From assembly GCA_963674755.2 (NCBI GenBank), contig CAXXVS010000002.1, forward strand, positions 2,080,001 through 2,144,000: 64,000 nucleotides of DNA, read 5' to 3'. The translations under genes and the position numbers were made by a program. Of the stretch, positions 49,468 to 61,035 are shown one piece after another. Source of the stretch: Desulfobacterales bacterium. Lineage in GTDB: Bacteria > Desulfobacterota > Desulfobacteria > Desulfobacterales > UBA5852. The notes below the pieces were generated by a model. It saw only the letters and a program-made list of their open reading frames with translations. It was not told the origin of the DNA and did no database searches. Position 1 is the stretch's first letter. The number at the start of each line of letters is the position of its first letter.

Positions 49468-49965
49468 TCAAATGCCGGGCGCGCGTCGCCCCTGACGGAA
49501 AAGGCCGATCAGCGCCAGTCCCAGTGCGTCGGAAGCATGAAAAGGCCGAATGGGTTCCGTGAGCTTGAGCACGTGGCGCACCGCTTTTTCCAGTTGCCCC
49601 TTGCTGGCATTGCCGTTGCCCGTCAGCACCTGTTTGGCTTCCCGGACCGGGACTTCCTTGATGGGCACGTCGATGTGACAGCCGGCCAGGAGAATGACAC
49701 CGGTTACTTTGCCGAGCAGGATCCCTGATTTGGGGTATTTTTCCAGGGAAAAAACATCTTCGACCACCATTAGATCCGGCCTTTCCTTCTCCAAAACGCC
49801 GCGCAGCTTGGTATAGATGGTCTCCAGCCGCCGTGATTGGGTCCAATCCCGGGAAGTGGTGATGCTGCCGAAGGCGAAACTATCCACACGTAAATCATTT
49901 CCCCGAACGATACCAACGCCCGTTGCCGCTAGCCCGGGATCAATGCCAAGGACTTTCATTGCCAT
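49468..49965 (-). CDS. ruvC: Crossover junction endodeoxyribonuclease RuvC
   Basis: LGIDPG, VEDVF, TGNGNASK, SDAL. Confidence 0.96.
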   Translation of the reverse strand: MAMKVLGIDPGLAATGVGIVRGNDLRVDSFAFGSITTSRDWTQSRRLETIYTKLRGVLEKERPDLMVVEDVFSLEKYPKSGILLGKVTGVILLAGCHIDVPIKEVPVREAKQVLTGNGNASKGQLEKAVRHVLKLTEPIRPFHASDALGLALIGLFRQGRRAPGI

Positions 49966-50004
49966 TTGGCTGACCTATTGTTCCGCCGACAAGCACACCA
50001 CAGC

Positions 50005-50799
50005 CTATTGCCGGAGCTTCTGGGCGGCGATCTTGGCTTCCGTCGATCGTGGAAAGCGATCCATCAGCTCCTTGAAAATCAAACGGGCATTTTCTTTGTC
50101 GCCCAGTTCGGTGAAAGCCATGCCCTGTTTGAGCAGCGCCGCCGGCACCTTATTCCCTTTGGGAAAATTCTCGATGACCTTTTGATACTCGAGAATCGCT
50201 TTTTCGTACCAATTTTCACGATAATAGGTTTCGCCAATCCAGAACTGGGCATTGTCCGCCTCGTCGGATTGTGGAAATTTCTTCAGAAGGGATTCGAAAA
50301 CGTCCCTGGCGCCGCTGTAGTCCTCTTCGTCAAAAAGTTTTTTACCCTTGGCGTAAAGGGCGATATCTTCCGCCGATGCTTTTTCTCCTTCGGTGGCCGG
50401 TGCTCTGCCGGCAGCAGGCTGCTGAACGTCGGGCGATTTTTCGATCTTGGCCAGTCGCTGCTCGAGGGCATCCAGACGCGCCGTCATGTCCTCGATATGG
50501 CGATCGAGGCGGTGGTCGGTCTCGTCCATGCGGCCGCTGAGAAGCTGGAGTTCCCTTTTAAAGCGTTGGAATTCAGCCCGCATCTCAGCTTTATAATCGC
50601 TGAAGGATTGATAGTTTTCATCACGGTCGGTCCCCAGGCTGGAGAGATCTTCGCGGGTCGTGGTAACCTTTTGCTCCAGATCGGCATATTGATTTTCCAG
50701 GCTAACGGTCCGCCTATCAAGCGTTATGACGTCCTGTCGTGTCGCACAACCGGCCATCAACACGATCCCGACCGCTAGGCACAGCAACGATTTATTCAT
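50005..50799 (-). CDS. cpoB: Tol-Pal system protein YbgF/CpoB
   Basis: MAGC lipobox, coiled coil, ADNAQFWIGE TPR; follows pal. Confidence 0.92.
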   Translation of the reverse strand: MNKSLLCLAVGIVLMAGCATRQDVITLDRRTVSLENQYADLEQKVTTTREDLSSLGTDRDENYQSFSDYKAEMRAEFQRFKRELQLLSGRMDETDHRLDRHIEDMTARLDALEQRLAKIEKSPDVQQPAAGRAPATEGEKASAEDIALYAKGKKLFDEEDYSGARDVFESLLKKFPQSDEADNAQFWIGETYYRENWYEKAILEYQKVIENFPKGNKVPAALLKQGMAFTELGDKENARLIFKELMDRFPRSTEAKIAAQKLRQ

Positions 50800-50951
50800 A
50801 ACATTTCCCCGTTTACCAGTGGTTGTTGATAGCGCCGCAAAAAAAACTGCCCGCCGACAAGCAGCGGGCAGGTGAATGACTCTGCGGGAACATTGATCGG
50901 CAGTTTCGCCGGAAACCTTGCAACGCGTGGTTCCCATGCCGTTTTACGGGA

Positions 50952-51488
50952 CTATTTCAGCTGAAACTGATCATTCCGATTCTTGGCCCAGGCCTCTTCA
51001 TTGTTCCGTGGGTCCAGGGGGCGTTCTTCCCCGTAGCTGATGGTGGACAGGCGCGACCCCGAAATGCCCAAATCCACCAGGTAGGCTCGGGCGCTCTCGG
51101 CGCGGCGTTCACCAAGTGCCAGGTTGTATTCGTTGGTGCCACGATCGTCACAATTGCCCGCGATGATCACCATCGCATCGGGATTGGCTTTTAACCAGGC
51201 GGCTTTGCGCTTGAGCGTCTCCTGAGCCATAGGGGACAGCTCGGCACTGTCAAATGAGAAATAGATATGCTCGTTGACGAACTGGTTCCTGGCCTGTTCG
51301 GCCGCACGCATGGCCTCGGCGGCCTGCAATTCCGCTTCGCTGGTCTTTTGGGAAGTGTCTTCCGGCGGCGGTGTCGTCTTCTGGGTGGTGTCGGTTTCCA
51401 CCGCCGACTTTTGCGCACACGATGTCATTAACATCAACCCAGGCACCAACATGACAAGCGCCAGGACCAACCACAATTTTTTCTGCAT
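50952..51488 (-). CDS. pal: Peptidoglycan-associated lipoprotein
   Basis: Lipobox Cys, FSFD, DDRGTNEYNLALGERRA, SYGEERP. Confidence 0.96.
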   Translation of the reverse strand: MQKKLWLVLALVMLVPGLMLMTSCAQKSAVETDTTQKTTPPPEDTSQKTSEAELQAAEAMRAAEQARNQFVNEHIYFSFDSAELSPMAQETLKRKAAWLKANPDAMVIIAGNCDDRGTNEYNLALGERRAESARAYLVDLGISGSRLSTISYGEERPLDPRNNEEAWAKNRNDQFQLK

Positions 51489-51516
51489 TTTTCCTCCTTT
51501 CAACAACCCAACCACA

Positions 51517-52875
51517 TTAGTTAAGGTGCTTATTAGGCGACCATTGGGGATTCATTTGTTCGCCTGGCAACGTCAGCAACTTTCGCTGATCGGTTCCAAA
51601 TGCCGTCATCACATAAATGCGCGAGGCTCCCTCACGGGTAGAACTGAAAACGATCATGCTGCCGTCCGGCGACCAGGATGGTGATTCATTGTTGCCCGTA
51701 TCATGGGTCAACTGAACCGGAGGGCGACCATTGAAACTAATGACATAGATATCGTTTCGGCCGCCTTCCATGCCGGCATAGGCCAACTTGTCACCTTTAG
51801 GCGACCAGTTGGGCTGCGTGTTATAACGCCCTTGGAAGGTCAGGCGGTCAACGCGGCCCGTATCAAGGTCTTTGATGTAGACTTGCGGATTGCCGGATCG
51901 GTTGGAAACAAAAGCGAATTTCTTACCATCCGGTGACCAGGTCGGGGAAACGTCGCTTCCCCAACTTTTGGTCAACCTTTTAATAATTTTCCCTTTTCCA
52001 GTCAACAGATAAATTTCCTGGTCGCCTGCGAAGGAAAGCGTTGCCGCCAGCCGCATATCATCGAGCGAAGACGACGGCTTGGCTTGCGGCATCCAGGCGG
52101 GCGTAATGTTCAGGCCTTTGTTGCCGATCTCATAGCCGCGTTTGTGGTAGCGGTGCTTGACGTACAGGAAGGGACGATTTTTAGGATAGGCCGTGTAAGC
52201 CAGCCACTGGCCGTCCGGGGACCAGGCCGGCGAAAGTGTGATGTCCTTGGTATGGGTGAACTGCACCGGATTGTGGCCGTCGAATTCGGCGATAAAGATT
52301 TCCTTGTTACCGGTGCCGGTCGAGACAAACGCGATTTCACTATTGAAAAAGCCGCGGCTGCCGGTGAGGAAATAAATCACCTCGCTGGCGAATTTGCGGA
52401 CGATCCGTCGGCTGTCCTCCACCCGGCCGCGGTAGCGTTTGCCGATCACCGACTTGCCCTGAAAGGTGTCGAACAGGCGCAGTTCCATTTCCACCGCGTC
52501 GGCGGAACGGTAGACACCACCGGTGATCAGAAGTTCGGCTCCGATCACCGTCCAGTTGCGGTAGTTGATGGCTGCATCGGAAATCCCGGTCTCACGCGGG
52601 TCCTCCAGATAAGCGCCCTTGTCCAGAATGTTGAAATAGCCCGTGAATGAAAGGGTTTCGGCTAAAAGCCGCGCCGCCTGGTCGGCCGCTTCCCGGGCGG
52701 ATTCGCCCTCCGAAAGGGGTTTGAAATCGGGGATGGCCAGGGGGATCTTTTTCAGAAACGGATTGATTTCGATAAATTCGTCCACAGCCCATGCCGGCGT
52801 TGTCGCGCTGGACAACACGATGAGCAGCAACACCGACCATAGGACCGGCCTACGCATTATTGACAACATGAACAT
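51517..52875 (-). CDS. tolB: Tol-Pal beta-propeller protein TolB
   Basis: Repeated P.WSPDG motifs; operon position. Confidence 0.95.
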   Translation of the reverse strand: MFMLSIMRRPVLWSVLLLIVLSSATTPAWAVDEFIEINPFLKKIPLAIPDFKPLSEGESAREAADQAARLLAETLSFTGYFNILDKGAYLEDPRETGISDAAINYRNWTVIGAELLITGGVYRSADAVEMELRLFDTFQGKSVIGKRYRGRVEDSRRIVRKFASEVIYFLTGSRGFFNSEIAFVSTGTGNKEIFIAEFDGHNPVQFTHTKDITLSPAWSPDGQWLAYTAYPKNRPFLYVKHRYHKRGYEIGNKGLNITPAWMPQAKPSSSLDDMRLAATLSFAGDQEIYLLTGKGKIIKRLTKSWGSDVSPTWSPDGKKFAFVSNRSGNPQVYIKDLDTGRVDRLTFQGRYNTQPNWSPKGDKLAYAGMEGGRNDIYVISFNGRPPVQLTHDTGNNESPSWSPDGSMIVFSSTREGASRIYVMTAFGTDQRKLLTLPGEQMNPQWSPNKHLN

Positions 52876-52961
52876 CTCACTTTCATTTCAGCATCAGGCA
52901 AAACCACGCGTCTCCTTTTACATTCGGGACGCAAATTTCGAATACCCTGCGTCATCGATCG

Positions 52962-53867
52962 TTAGCGGAAACCGGCGGGAGTCGCCCTGATGCCCATCTC
53001 GATATAGGGCTGGTTGATCCCCTCGGGAAAGGGCGCAACCGGACTGGCCTTGCGAACCGCCCGATAGGCGGATTCGTCCAGATAACGGTTTCCGGACGGC
53101 TGTACGATTTTAATGTCCGTAATTTCGCCGTTGGGGAGAATCCGGAAGGTGATCCGTGTTTCCAGCTGTCCGTCGGCACCGGCCAACTGCTGGGAAAACG
53201 CCCAATTCTGGGCCACTGCCAGGGCCGCCTCAATCTTATAGTTCTCGATCCGGCTCAACACGGCACTGCCGCCTCCCCCTCCGCCGCCACCGCCCGTACC
53301 GGTGCCGGCCCCTACACCCGCACCTGAAACGGCGCGGGTCTTTTCCTGGGTTTGCACTTTTTGACGCATGGCTTCGATGGCTTTGGAGACATCGCGCGCG
53401 CGTGTCTTTGGGGCGGTTGGCGGCGTCGGCTGCTGGACGGCGGTCTTTGGGACGCTTTCCTTCTTGAGCGTCTTTTTCTTAAGCGATTTAACCACTTTCT
53501 GAATCTTAGGTTTGGGCGCAATGGGAACCGGCTCCGGCTTCGGTGCAGGAAGGGGCACGGCTTCCGAAGCGGGTGGGGGCGCCGCCGCCGGCTCCGGCGC
53601 TATATCCGCTGCAGGCGCCGCCGAAACAGGCGCTGCCGGGGCCGGCGAACCGGAGGGCAGTGAAACCAGATCGACACTGATAGCCCGGGGCGCCAGCCGG
53701 TGGGATGACGAAAAAGACGTCGGCATGACCGTTAGCAGGACAAAAAATACCACATGGCACAGGGCCGAAACCGCAAACATGGTCGCCACGTTGTGCGAAT
53801 CCTGCCCGTTGTCCCACACCATCGTTTGCTGCAAGTCGTCATTCATCACGGGTGGTCCTGCTGGCAC
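52962..53867 (-). CDS. tolA: TolA/TonB-like energy transducer (start may be about 53846)
   Basis: S...H TM motif, Pro/Lys-rich linker, SGN..LDESA.RAV C-domain. Confidence 0.85.
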   Translation of the reverse strand: MPAGPPVMNDDLQQTMVWDNGQDSHNVATMFAVSALCHVVFFVLLTVMPTSFSSSHRLAPRAISVDLVSLPSGSPAPAAPVSAAPAADIAPEPAAAPPPASEAVPLPAPKPEPVPIAPKPKIQKVVKSLKKKTLKKESVPKTAVQQPTPPTAPKTRARDVSKAIEAMRQKVQTQEKTRAVSGAGVGAGTGTGGGGGGGGGSAVLSRIENYKIEAALAVAQNWAFSQQLAGADGQLETRITFRILPNGEITDIKIVQPSGNRYLDESAYRAVRKASPVAPFPEGINQPYIEMGIRATPAGFR

Positions 53868-54292
53868 TATCCCTGGTTCGGGGGGCTTTCCGGGACGGGA
53901 AGGGTCACCATCCCAAGCTTGGCCACTCCCGTACTCCTGATTTCGGACATCACCTGCATGACCACCCCGTAAGGAATGGTCTTGTCCGCTTTGAGATAGA
54001 CGGTGCGGTCCTGGCGTGCCTCCAGAACCTTGCTGAGTTTAGCGGCAAAAATGTCCCGGCTGGTTTTGAAATCGTTGATAAACACCTGCCCCTCTTTGTC
54101 GATGGTCACCACCAGGGGTTCTTTTTCCGATTCCAGCGGCTGGGCGGTGGTTTGCGGCAGGTCCACATTGACGCCTTCCACCATCATGGGAGCTGTCACC
54201 ATGAAAATGATCAGCAGTACCAGCATCACATCCACGAAGGGCGTCACATTGATTTCCCCCATGAACCCTTTGTCGTTTCCGCCGGCCTGCAT
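53867..54292 (-). CDS. tolR: TolR
   Basis: EINVTPFVDVMLVLLIIFMVTAP, LKADK..PYG. Confidence 0.95.
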   Translation of the reverse strand: MQAGGNDKGFMGEINVTPFVDVMLVLLIIFMVTAPMMVEGVNVDLPQTTAQPLESEKEPLVVTIDKEGQVFINDFKTSRDIFAAKLSKVLEARQDRTVYLKADKTIPYGVVMQVMSEIRSTGVAKLGMVTLPVPESPPNQG

Positions 54293-55011
54293 TACGCGCC
54301 TCCTTTTCCCCTGAAGATATCCCGCTCCACCACATTCAGGAAATCCGCCGAAAAGCTGATCAATTCGGATTCCAGGGTACGAACCTTGCTCATAAAATAG
54401 TTGAAGGCAATCACCGCCGGAATGGCGGCCGCCAGCCCGACGGCGGTGGCCACCAAGGCTTCGGAAATGCCGGGTGCCACGACCGCCAGGCTCGCCGACC
54501 CCATCAGGCCGATGCCGTGGAAGGCGTTCATAATACCCCACACCGTACCGAACAGGCCGATAAAAGGCGTGGTGTTGCCCGTCGTGGCCAGAAAGGGCAC
54601 CATCTGGGTCATACGGGTGGTCTCGGTGTTGATGGCCCGCCGCAGGGCGCGTTTGACATTGTCGATACCGCCGGTACGGGCTCCGAGCGAGTTTCCCTCG
54701 GCCGGTGCCCCGTGTTTGCTGAGTTTGCGCAGTTCGAGGTAGGCCACCCGGAAAATGCGGGCCACGGGGCTGCCCTGCAACTGCTTGGATTTGGTAAAGG
54801 CGTCGGTGAGATCCCGGCTTTTCCAGAAGAACTCGATAAAAAGCGCCGATTCGCGAAAGGCCCGTCGCATGTAACGATATTTGACCAGAATAATCGCCCA
54901 TGACGAAATGGAAAAAAACACCAGCAGCAGCAACACCAACTGCACCACCGGCCCGGCGTTCATGACCATGTGAACGATATCTAATTTTGCGGAACCCATT
55001 GATTTCTCCAA
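54292..55011 (-). CDS. tolQ: TolQ
   Basis: PFIGLFGTVWGIM, APGISEALVATA. Confidence 0.95.
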   Translation of the reverse strand: MEKSMGSAKLDIVHMVMNAGPVVQLVLLLLVFFSISSWAIILVKYRYMRRAFRESALFIEFFWKSRDLTDAFTKSKQLQGSPVARIFRVAYLELRKLSKHGAPAEGNSLGARTGGIDNVKRALRRAINTETTRMTQMVPFLATTGNTTPFIGLFGTVWGIMNAFHGIGLMGSASLAVVAPGISEALVATAVGLAAAIPAVIAFNYFMSKVRTLESELISFSADFLNVVERDIFRGKGGA

Positions 55012-55302
55012 ATACCGGTTGTTGAAGGCCGCCGTCAGCCAAGTCGATCTTTAGAACGCATCCCGTATCCGTATAAATTAAGGAACGCTATCCAAATTGC
55101 AGTGGGGTGTCAACTGCTTTGACATCGGACCGCCTCCCCCGATCCGTACCCGCCCGGGCACGGGACCCGCGGTCGTCAACGCCATTCGCATCCCCGGCGG
55201 TTATGCCGGTGGTTGCAATTCGTCGTCCCAATCCGTAAAAGACAGATTTAATATTATCGATTTCATCTTACCAGTTAACACGAATCAGGAGAAGTCCTAT
55301 CC

Positions 55303-55872
55303 ATGGAACGTCTCGCCCAATTGCTGTTTGAAGCCCGCAGTCTGAAGCGTCTGCCGCGCTCCGGCTACCAATTTTTAGGCCCCGGCCGCGAATCGGTGGC
55401 CGAACACAGCTTTACCACCACTTTTATTGCCTACGTTCTCGCGCAGATGGTTCCCGAGGTTGATGAGCACAAGCTGGTGACCATGAGCCTGGTGCATGAT
55501 CTGGCCGAAGCGCGTCTCGGCGACATCAACTATGTACAAAAATTTTACATCCAGGCGGACGAGGGTGCGGCCATGACGGACATGGCCGCCGGCCTGCCTT
55601 TCGGCGAAAATCTGAAAGCCCTCATGGAGGAATTCAATCGCGGGGAGGGCCTGGAAGCCCGTCTGGCCAGGGACGCCGATCAACTGGCCTTTCTGATCGA
55701 ACTCAAAGACCTGGCCGATCAGGGATATGCGCCCCCCTCGACCTGGATGGACAATGTCCGTCAACGGCTTCAAACCCCTATCGGATGCGCCCTGGCCGAC
55801 AGCATTCTGCAAACCCCTGCCGATAAGTGGTGGCGGCAAAAATTTATTGACAGAACGGAGCAGACCCAATAA
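55303..55872 (+). CDS. HD domain hydrolase (5'-deoxynucleotidase-like)
   Basis: LK..PRSG, ESVAEHS, HDLAE..GD, DAD. Confidence 0.9.
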   Translation: MERLAQLLFEARSLKRLPRSGYQFLGPGRESVAEHSFTTTFIAYVLAQMVPEVDEHKLVTMSLVHDLAEARLGDINYVQKFYIQADEGAAMTDMAAGLPFGENLKALMEEFNRGEGLEARLARDADQLAFLIELKDLADQGYAPPSTWMDNVRQRLQTPIGCALADSILQTPADKWWRQKFIDRTEQTQ

Positions 55873-56166
55873 GTGTTGAATCTTGTTTATTTATTAGTCG
55901 TAATTTGGCGGCATCCGTTCCGGAAGCCGGCCGAATCAGACGACGGGCCAGTGATTATGTTCCCAAACCCCATGATACGGTTGGCGGCCTTTCCCCGATC
56001 CGCTCCTTTACGCGCGACATCTTTCAAATCCTTTTTTCAGTCGAATGAGATACATCGAACAGCCTTCTTGCGACGGTGGGCGACCTAGTTTTTCCCTTCA
56101 GGCTTCGGTTTGTCTTGTAGGGGATGTTTTCCATAGAACCCTCAACCTCTGGAGAAAGCACAAACA

Positions 56167-56814
56167 ATGAAATGGTTGACGACAACCCTCGGCACATCCA
56201 TTGGTAAAAAACTGATGATGGCGGCAACCGGGCTGAGTTTCATCGGCTTTTTAGTGGTCCATCTGGCCGGCAATCTGACCCTCTACGGTGGCGCCGACGC
56301 CTTCAACAGCTATGCGGCCCATCTACACGCCTTAGGGCCGCTGCTGGCCGTGGCGGAATTCGTTCTGCTCGGTCTGTTTGCAATCCATGTCCTAAGCGGC
56401 CTGATCCTCTTCTGGCAAAATTTCAAAGCCCGCCCGTCGCGCTATGCCGTCAACCGCAACCCGGGGGGCAAGACCATCGGATCGGCCACCATGCCTTACA
56501 CCGGTCTTTTGATCCTGCTGTTCATCATTTTTCATCTGACCAACTTCAGCCGGTTTTTTATCGATCAAACGGGAACGACGATTTTTCAGATCGTCTCCAC
56601 CGCCTTTCAAAATCCGGTCTATGTCGGACTCTATGTGCTGGCCATGCTAACCGTGGCCCTGCACGTCAGCCATGGGTTCTGGAGCCTGTTTCAAACCTTC
56701 GGTCTGAACCATCCGAAATACATGCCCGCCATTAATGTGGGCGGCTTGATCATCAGCCTGGTGTTCGGTCTGGGGTTCGGATTTTTGCCGATTTACATTT
56801 CGTTCATCGCCTAA
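56167..56814 (+). CDS. sdhC: Succinate dehydrogenase/fumarate reductase cytochrome b subunit
   Basis: SIGKK..MA.TG, HLAGNL, five TM helices with His ligands, H..HGFWS.FQT. Confidence 0.92.
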   Translation: MKWLTTTLGTSIGKKLMMAATGLSFIGFLVVHLAGNLTLYGGADAFNSYAAHLHALGPLLAVAEFVLLGLFAIHVLSGLILFWQNFKARPSRYAVNRNPGGKTIGSATMPYTGLLILLFIIFHLTNFSRFFIDQTGTTIFQIVSTAFQNPVYVGLYVLAMLTVALHVSHGFWSLFQTFGLNHPKYMPAINVGGLIISLVFGLGFGFLPIYISFIA

Positions 56815-56826
56815 GGAGGACTATCA

Positions 56827-58740
56827 ATGCAATTGGATGGAAAAACCCCCAGCGGGCCGCTCCAGAACAAATGGGATAAATATCGCTTTGAAACCAAGCT
56901 GGTCAACCCGGCCAACAAGCGCAAATATTCGATCATCGTCGTGGGAACCGGTCTGGCAGGCAGCTCTGCTTCGGCTTCGCTGGCCGAGTTGGGGTATAAT
57001 GTCAAAACGTTCTGCATCCAAGACAGCCCGCGCCGCGCGCATAGTATCGCCGCCCAGGGCGGTATCAACGCCGCCAAGAACTACCCCAACGACGGCGACA
57101 GCATCTGGCGCCTGTTCTACGACACGGTCAAGGGCGGCGATTTTCGGTCCCGGGAAGCGAATGTCTATCGCCTGGCCCAGGTGAGCAACAATATTATCGA
57201 TCAATGCGTGGCCCAGGGGGTACCCTTCGCCCGCGAGTACGGGGGGATGCTGGCCAATCGCAGCTTTGGTGGCGCCCAGGTATCGCGCACCTTTTATGCC
57301 CGGGGGCAGACCGGTCAGCAGCTTCTGCTGGGGGCTTACAGCGCCCTGTCCCGGCAGATTGCGGCCGGCAAGGTTCAGATGTTCACCCGCCGCGAACTGG
57401 TGGACATCGTCATCGTGGGGGATAAAACCCGGGGCATCATCGTTCGCAATCTCATCTCGGGCGAAATGGAGCGCTATGCCGCGGATGCCGTCATTCTCGC
57501 CACCGGCGGCTACGGCACGGTCTTTTATCTCTCCACCAATGCGGACTCCTGCAACGTCGGCGCGGCTTTCAAGGCTTACAAGCGCGGCGCCCTCTTCGCC
57601 AACCCCTGCTTTACCCAAATCCACCCGACCTGCATCCCCCACACGGGAGACTATCAGGCCAAGCTGACCCTTATGAGCGAAAGCCTGCGCAACGACGGCC
57701 GGGTCTGGGTGCCCAAGGATCCCAGCGACAACCGCCCCCCCAACCAGATTCCGGAAGAAGAGCGCAGCTACTACCTGGAAGAGAAGTATCCCAGCTTCGG
57801 CAATCTGGTGCCACGGGACGTGGCCAGCCGCAATGCCAAGGAGCAATGCGACGCCGGACGGGGGGTCGGGCCTACCCGGTATGCGGTCTACCTCGACTTC
57901 GCCGACGCCATCAAACGCGACGGTAAAGAGGTGATCCGCCGCAAATACGGCAACCTGTTCGATATGTACCAAAACATTACGGACGACAACCCCTACGAGA
58001 CGCCCATGATGATCTATCCGGCCTCCCACTACACCATGGGCGGGCTGTGGGTGGATTACGAATTGCAGACCACCATCCCCGGGCTCTTTTCCCTGGGCGA
58101 AAGCAATTTCTCGGACCACGGCGCCAACCGTTTGGGGGCCAGCGCCCTCATGCAGGGCCTGGCCGACGGCTATTTCGTCATTCCTTACACCATCGGCCCC
58201 TACCTGGCCATCAACGGTGTTTCCGATATCACGGAAGATCATCAGGCTTTCCGCGACACGGCTCAGCAGGCCCAGGAACGCGATCAGAAATTGTTGTCCA
58301 TCGACGGCAAGCAGACCGTGCGGGACATTCACCGGCGGCTGGGCAAGATCATGGTCGAATATGTGGGGATGGCCCGCAATGAGGCCGGCCTTGAAAAAGC
58401 CATCGAGGAAATCCGCAGTTTACGGGAAGAATTTTGGAAGGATGTCAAGGTGCCCGGAACCGCAGCGGATTACAACCTCAGCCTCCAGAAGGCCGGCCGT
58501 GTGGCCGATTTCCTGGAATTTGCCGAAGTCATGGCCCTGGACGCACTGAAACGCGACGAGTCCTGCGGGTGCCATCTCCGGGAGGAGCACCAGACCGAAG
58601 AAAACGAAGCCCAGCGGGACGATGCCAACTTTTGTCACGTGGCGGCCTGGGAATATGATGGCTACGGCAATACGCCGAAGCTTCACAAAGAGCCTCTGGA
58701 ATTTGAGAATGTCGAATTAACGCAAAGGAGCTACAAGTGA
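56827..58740 (+). CDS. sdhA: Succinate dehydrogenase/fumarate reductase flavoprotein
   Basis: [37 protein letters not shown]. Confidence 0.96.
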   Translation: MQLDGKTPSGPLQNKWDKYRFETKLVNPANKRKYSIIVVGTGLAGSSASASLAELGYNVKTFCIQDSPRRAHSIAAQGGINAAKNYPNDGDSIWRLFYDTVKGGDFRSREANVYRLAQVSNNIIDQCVAQGVPFAREYGGMLANRSFGGAQVSRTFYARGQTGQQLLLGAYSALSRQIAAGKVQMFTRRELVDIVIVGDKTRGIIVRNLISGEMERYAADAVILATGGYGTVFYLSTNADSCNVGAAFKAYKRGALFANPCFTQIHPTCIPHTGDYQAKLTLMSESLRNDGRVWVPKDPSDNRPPNQIPEEERSYYLEEKYPSFGNLVPRDVASRNAKEQCDAGRGVGPTRYAVYLDFADAIKRDGKEVIRRKYGNLFDMYQNITDDNPYETPMMIYPASHYTMGGLWVDYELQTTIPGLFSLGESNFSDHGANRLGASALMQGLADGYFVIPYTIGPYLAINGVSDITEDHQAFRDTAQQAQERDQKLLSIDGKQTVRDIHRRLGKIMVEYVGMARNEAGLEKAIEEIRSLREEFWKDVKVPGTAADYNLSLQKAGRVADFLEFAEVMALDALKRDESCGCHLREEHQTEENEAQRDDANFCHVAAWEYDGYGNTPKLHKEPLEFENVELTQRSYK

Positions 58741-59513
58741 CGACGACGGGAGAACACACCATCAATATAACGCTGAAGGTCTGGCGTCAGAAAGGCCCGC
58801 AGGCTAAGGGACGTTTTGAAACCATTCCGGTCCGGGATGTTGAGACCCACATGTCGTTTCTGGAAATGCTCGATGTGGTCAACGAGAAGCTGACCCTGGA
58901 GGGCAAGGAGCCCATTGCCTTTGACAACGACTGCCGCGAAGGGATCTGCGGGATGTGCGGCTGTGTCGTGGACGGTGTCGCCCACGGGCCTGCGAAAGCC
59001 ATGACCCTCTGCCAGCTGCACATGCGCAAATTCGCCGATGGGGATGTCATCGCCATCGAACCCTGGCGGGCCAGGGCGTTCAAAGTGGTCAAGGACCTGA
59101 TCGTCGATCGGAGCCCGCTGGATAAAATCATCCAGGCGGGGGGGTTCGTTTCGGTCAACACCGGATCACCCCAGGATGCCAATGCCATCCCCGTCCCCAT
59201 GGAAGTGGCGGAAAAAGCCATGGATGCCGCCGCCTGCATTGGCTGCGGCGCCTGTGTCGCGGCCTGCCCGAATGCATCCGCCATGCTGTTTGTGAGTGCC
59301 AAGGTGTCGCAGTTGGCCCTCCTGCCCCAGGGCCGGCCCGAAGCCGCACAACGCGCCATGTCCATGGTCAAAACCATGGATGATCTGCTCTTTGGCAATT
59401 GTTCGAATCACCGGGTATGTGAAGCGGTGTGCCCCAAAGAGATCTCCATCGTCAATATCGCCCGGCTGAACCGCGAATTTATCAAGGCCGGGTTCAGCTC
59501 CGAAGCTGTGTGA
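58737..59513 (+). CDS. sdhB: Succinate dehydrogenase/fumarate reductase Fe-S subunit
   Basis: [22 protein letters not shown].....C...CP. Confidence 0.96.
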   Translation: MTTTGEHTINITLKVWRQKGPQAKGRFETIPVRDVETHMSFLEMLDVVNEKLTLEGKEPIAFDNDCREGICGMCGCVVDGVAHGPAKAMTLCQLHMRKFADGDVIAIEPWRARAFKVVKDLIVDRSPLDKIIQAGGFVSVNTGSPQDANAIPVPMEVAEKAMDAAACIGCGACVAACPNASAMLFVSAKVSQLALLPQGRPEAAQRAMSMVKTMDDLLFGNCSNHRVCEAVCPKEISIVNIARLNREFIKAGFSSEAV

Positions 59514-59679
59514 CATTGTCCCAATACAGTTTGCCGGCCGGCAGGGCCTTTATCCTCCGGTCGGCGGACTTTGTCTTTTGCCCGCCGCGACCCGTAAATA
59601 ACGAATTGCTGAACGGCGTGGAACGCCCCTGTTGCATCTGTCGCAGCGCAGGGGACCCGACAATAGGTAAATCAAAGCC

Positions 59680-60804
59680 ATGGAATTCATCGACCGACTG
59701 CTCCAATGGCTCTCCGCTTTGCCGGGGACTCAGACGGCTTATGGCCTGATTGCCTATAAATCTGCGGCCGCCATACTGGGATTTCTGGTCGTATGGCTCA
59801 TTTTGAAGGTCGTCTTGCACCGGGTAGGACACCGTCTGCAACGCTATCCGTTTTTTGAAGAAAATCAGCACGTCTTCAAAGCCTTCCGCCGTGCATTGCG
59901 TTATGGATTAATCCTCTTCGCCGGCACTTACATTGCACGGCTTCTCGAGCTGGCCCTGCTGGGGAAAATTTTTCAGGGCGTGCTGATCATCATGCTGGCC
60001 TCCCCCGCCAAAGACGTTTTAATCACCGCCTTGACCTATCTGGAAAAGAATGTTGCCGATCGGACCGCCAACAAGGTCGACGACATCATCTTCGATCTTC
60101 TCAACCGTTTTTCCGGCGCGATCCTCTATGTAACGGCTGTAATTCTGGCGTTGGACATCGTGGGCATCAATGTGATGCCGTTTATCGCCGGGGCGGGTGT
60201 GGCCGGCATTGCGATCGGCTTCGCCGCCAAGGACACCCTTTCGAACCTGATTGCCGGTGTCCTGCTGATCATTGACCGCCCGTTTGAAATCGGCGACCGG
60301 ATCGAAGTCTGGAGCGCACCCGCCGGGAGTGCCACCTGGGGTGACGTCGTTGATATCGGGCTGCGGGCCACCAAGATCAAGACCACCGACAACATTGTCA
60401 TTATCATCCCCAATAACGAAATCATGAAACGCGATATCGTCAATTACACGATTATCAGCACGCTGATCCGGGTGCGGGTCAATATCGGGGTTTCCTATGA
60501 AGCCGACATCCGCAAGGCCAAGGATATCATCGTTGATGTCGCCCGACGAATGGAATGGGTATCGGCATCTCCCCCGCCCAAGGTAGTCGTGCGCAAGTTC
60601 GGGGACTCATCCGTGGATCTGCAGCTACGCGTATGGATTCAGGATGCCCGCCGTCGCATGGACACGATTTCCTTTGTGATCGACAACGTCAAGGAAGCCT
60701 TTGATCGGGCCGGCATTGAAATCCCCTACCCCAAGCGGGATATCCAGGTCCGCTATAGCGGTCCCCCTTCCCCCCTGCCAGGGGACCGCCTGCCGCCCGT
60801 ATAA
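59680..60804 (+). CDS. MscS family mechanosensitive channel
   Basis: GIAIGFAAKDTLSNLIAG, RPFEIGD, IGLRAT, IPN, IPYP. Confidence 0.93.
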   Translation: MEFIDRLLQWLSALPGTQTAYGLIAYKSAAAILGFLVVWLILKVVLHRVGHRLQRYPFFEENQHVFKAFRRALRYGLILFAGTYIARLLELALLGKIFQGVLIIMLASPAKDVLITALTYLEKNVADRTANKVDDIIFDLLNRFSGAILYVTAVILALDIVGINVMPFIAGAGVAGIAIGFAAKDTLSNLIAGVLLIIDRPFEIGDRIEVWSAPAGSATWGDVVDIGLRATKIKTTDNIVIIIPNNEIMKRDIVNYTIISTLIRVRVNIGVSYEADIRKAKDIIVDVARRMEWVSASPPPKVVVRKFGDSSVDLQLRVWIQDARRRMDTISFVIDNVKEAFDRAGIEIPYPKRDIQVRYSGPPSPLPGDRLPPV

Positions 60805-61035
60805 CTCCCTTGGCGCGAGGGCCTTGGGGCATGCCCATCTTCTGTCAACGACAATCAATCATTTCCATCTTCGAAAAAAAAGCGCCGGGCCAAATAGGCC
60901 GAAAGGATCGGGCGGACACCTCTCCGACGATGGCCCTCGGTAGGGGCCGTTGACCAAGGGTGAAACATTTGGACTTGATTCCCCGGCCAATAACCACTAT
61001 GGTTCTCGTTTATTTCAACGAGGCCCATTTCTGTC

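Noticed and set aside
53867..55042. 391 aa ORF suggesting an extended TolR
   Set aside because: The upstream part is an alternative frame of tolQ; TolR starts at 54292 behind a GGAGG SD.
60805..61035. Fluoride riboswitch upstream of the ClC operon
   Set aside because: No match to the crcB consensus, and the ClC lacks the GNNLI/GREGT fluoride signature.
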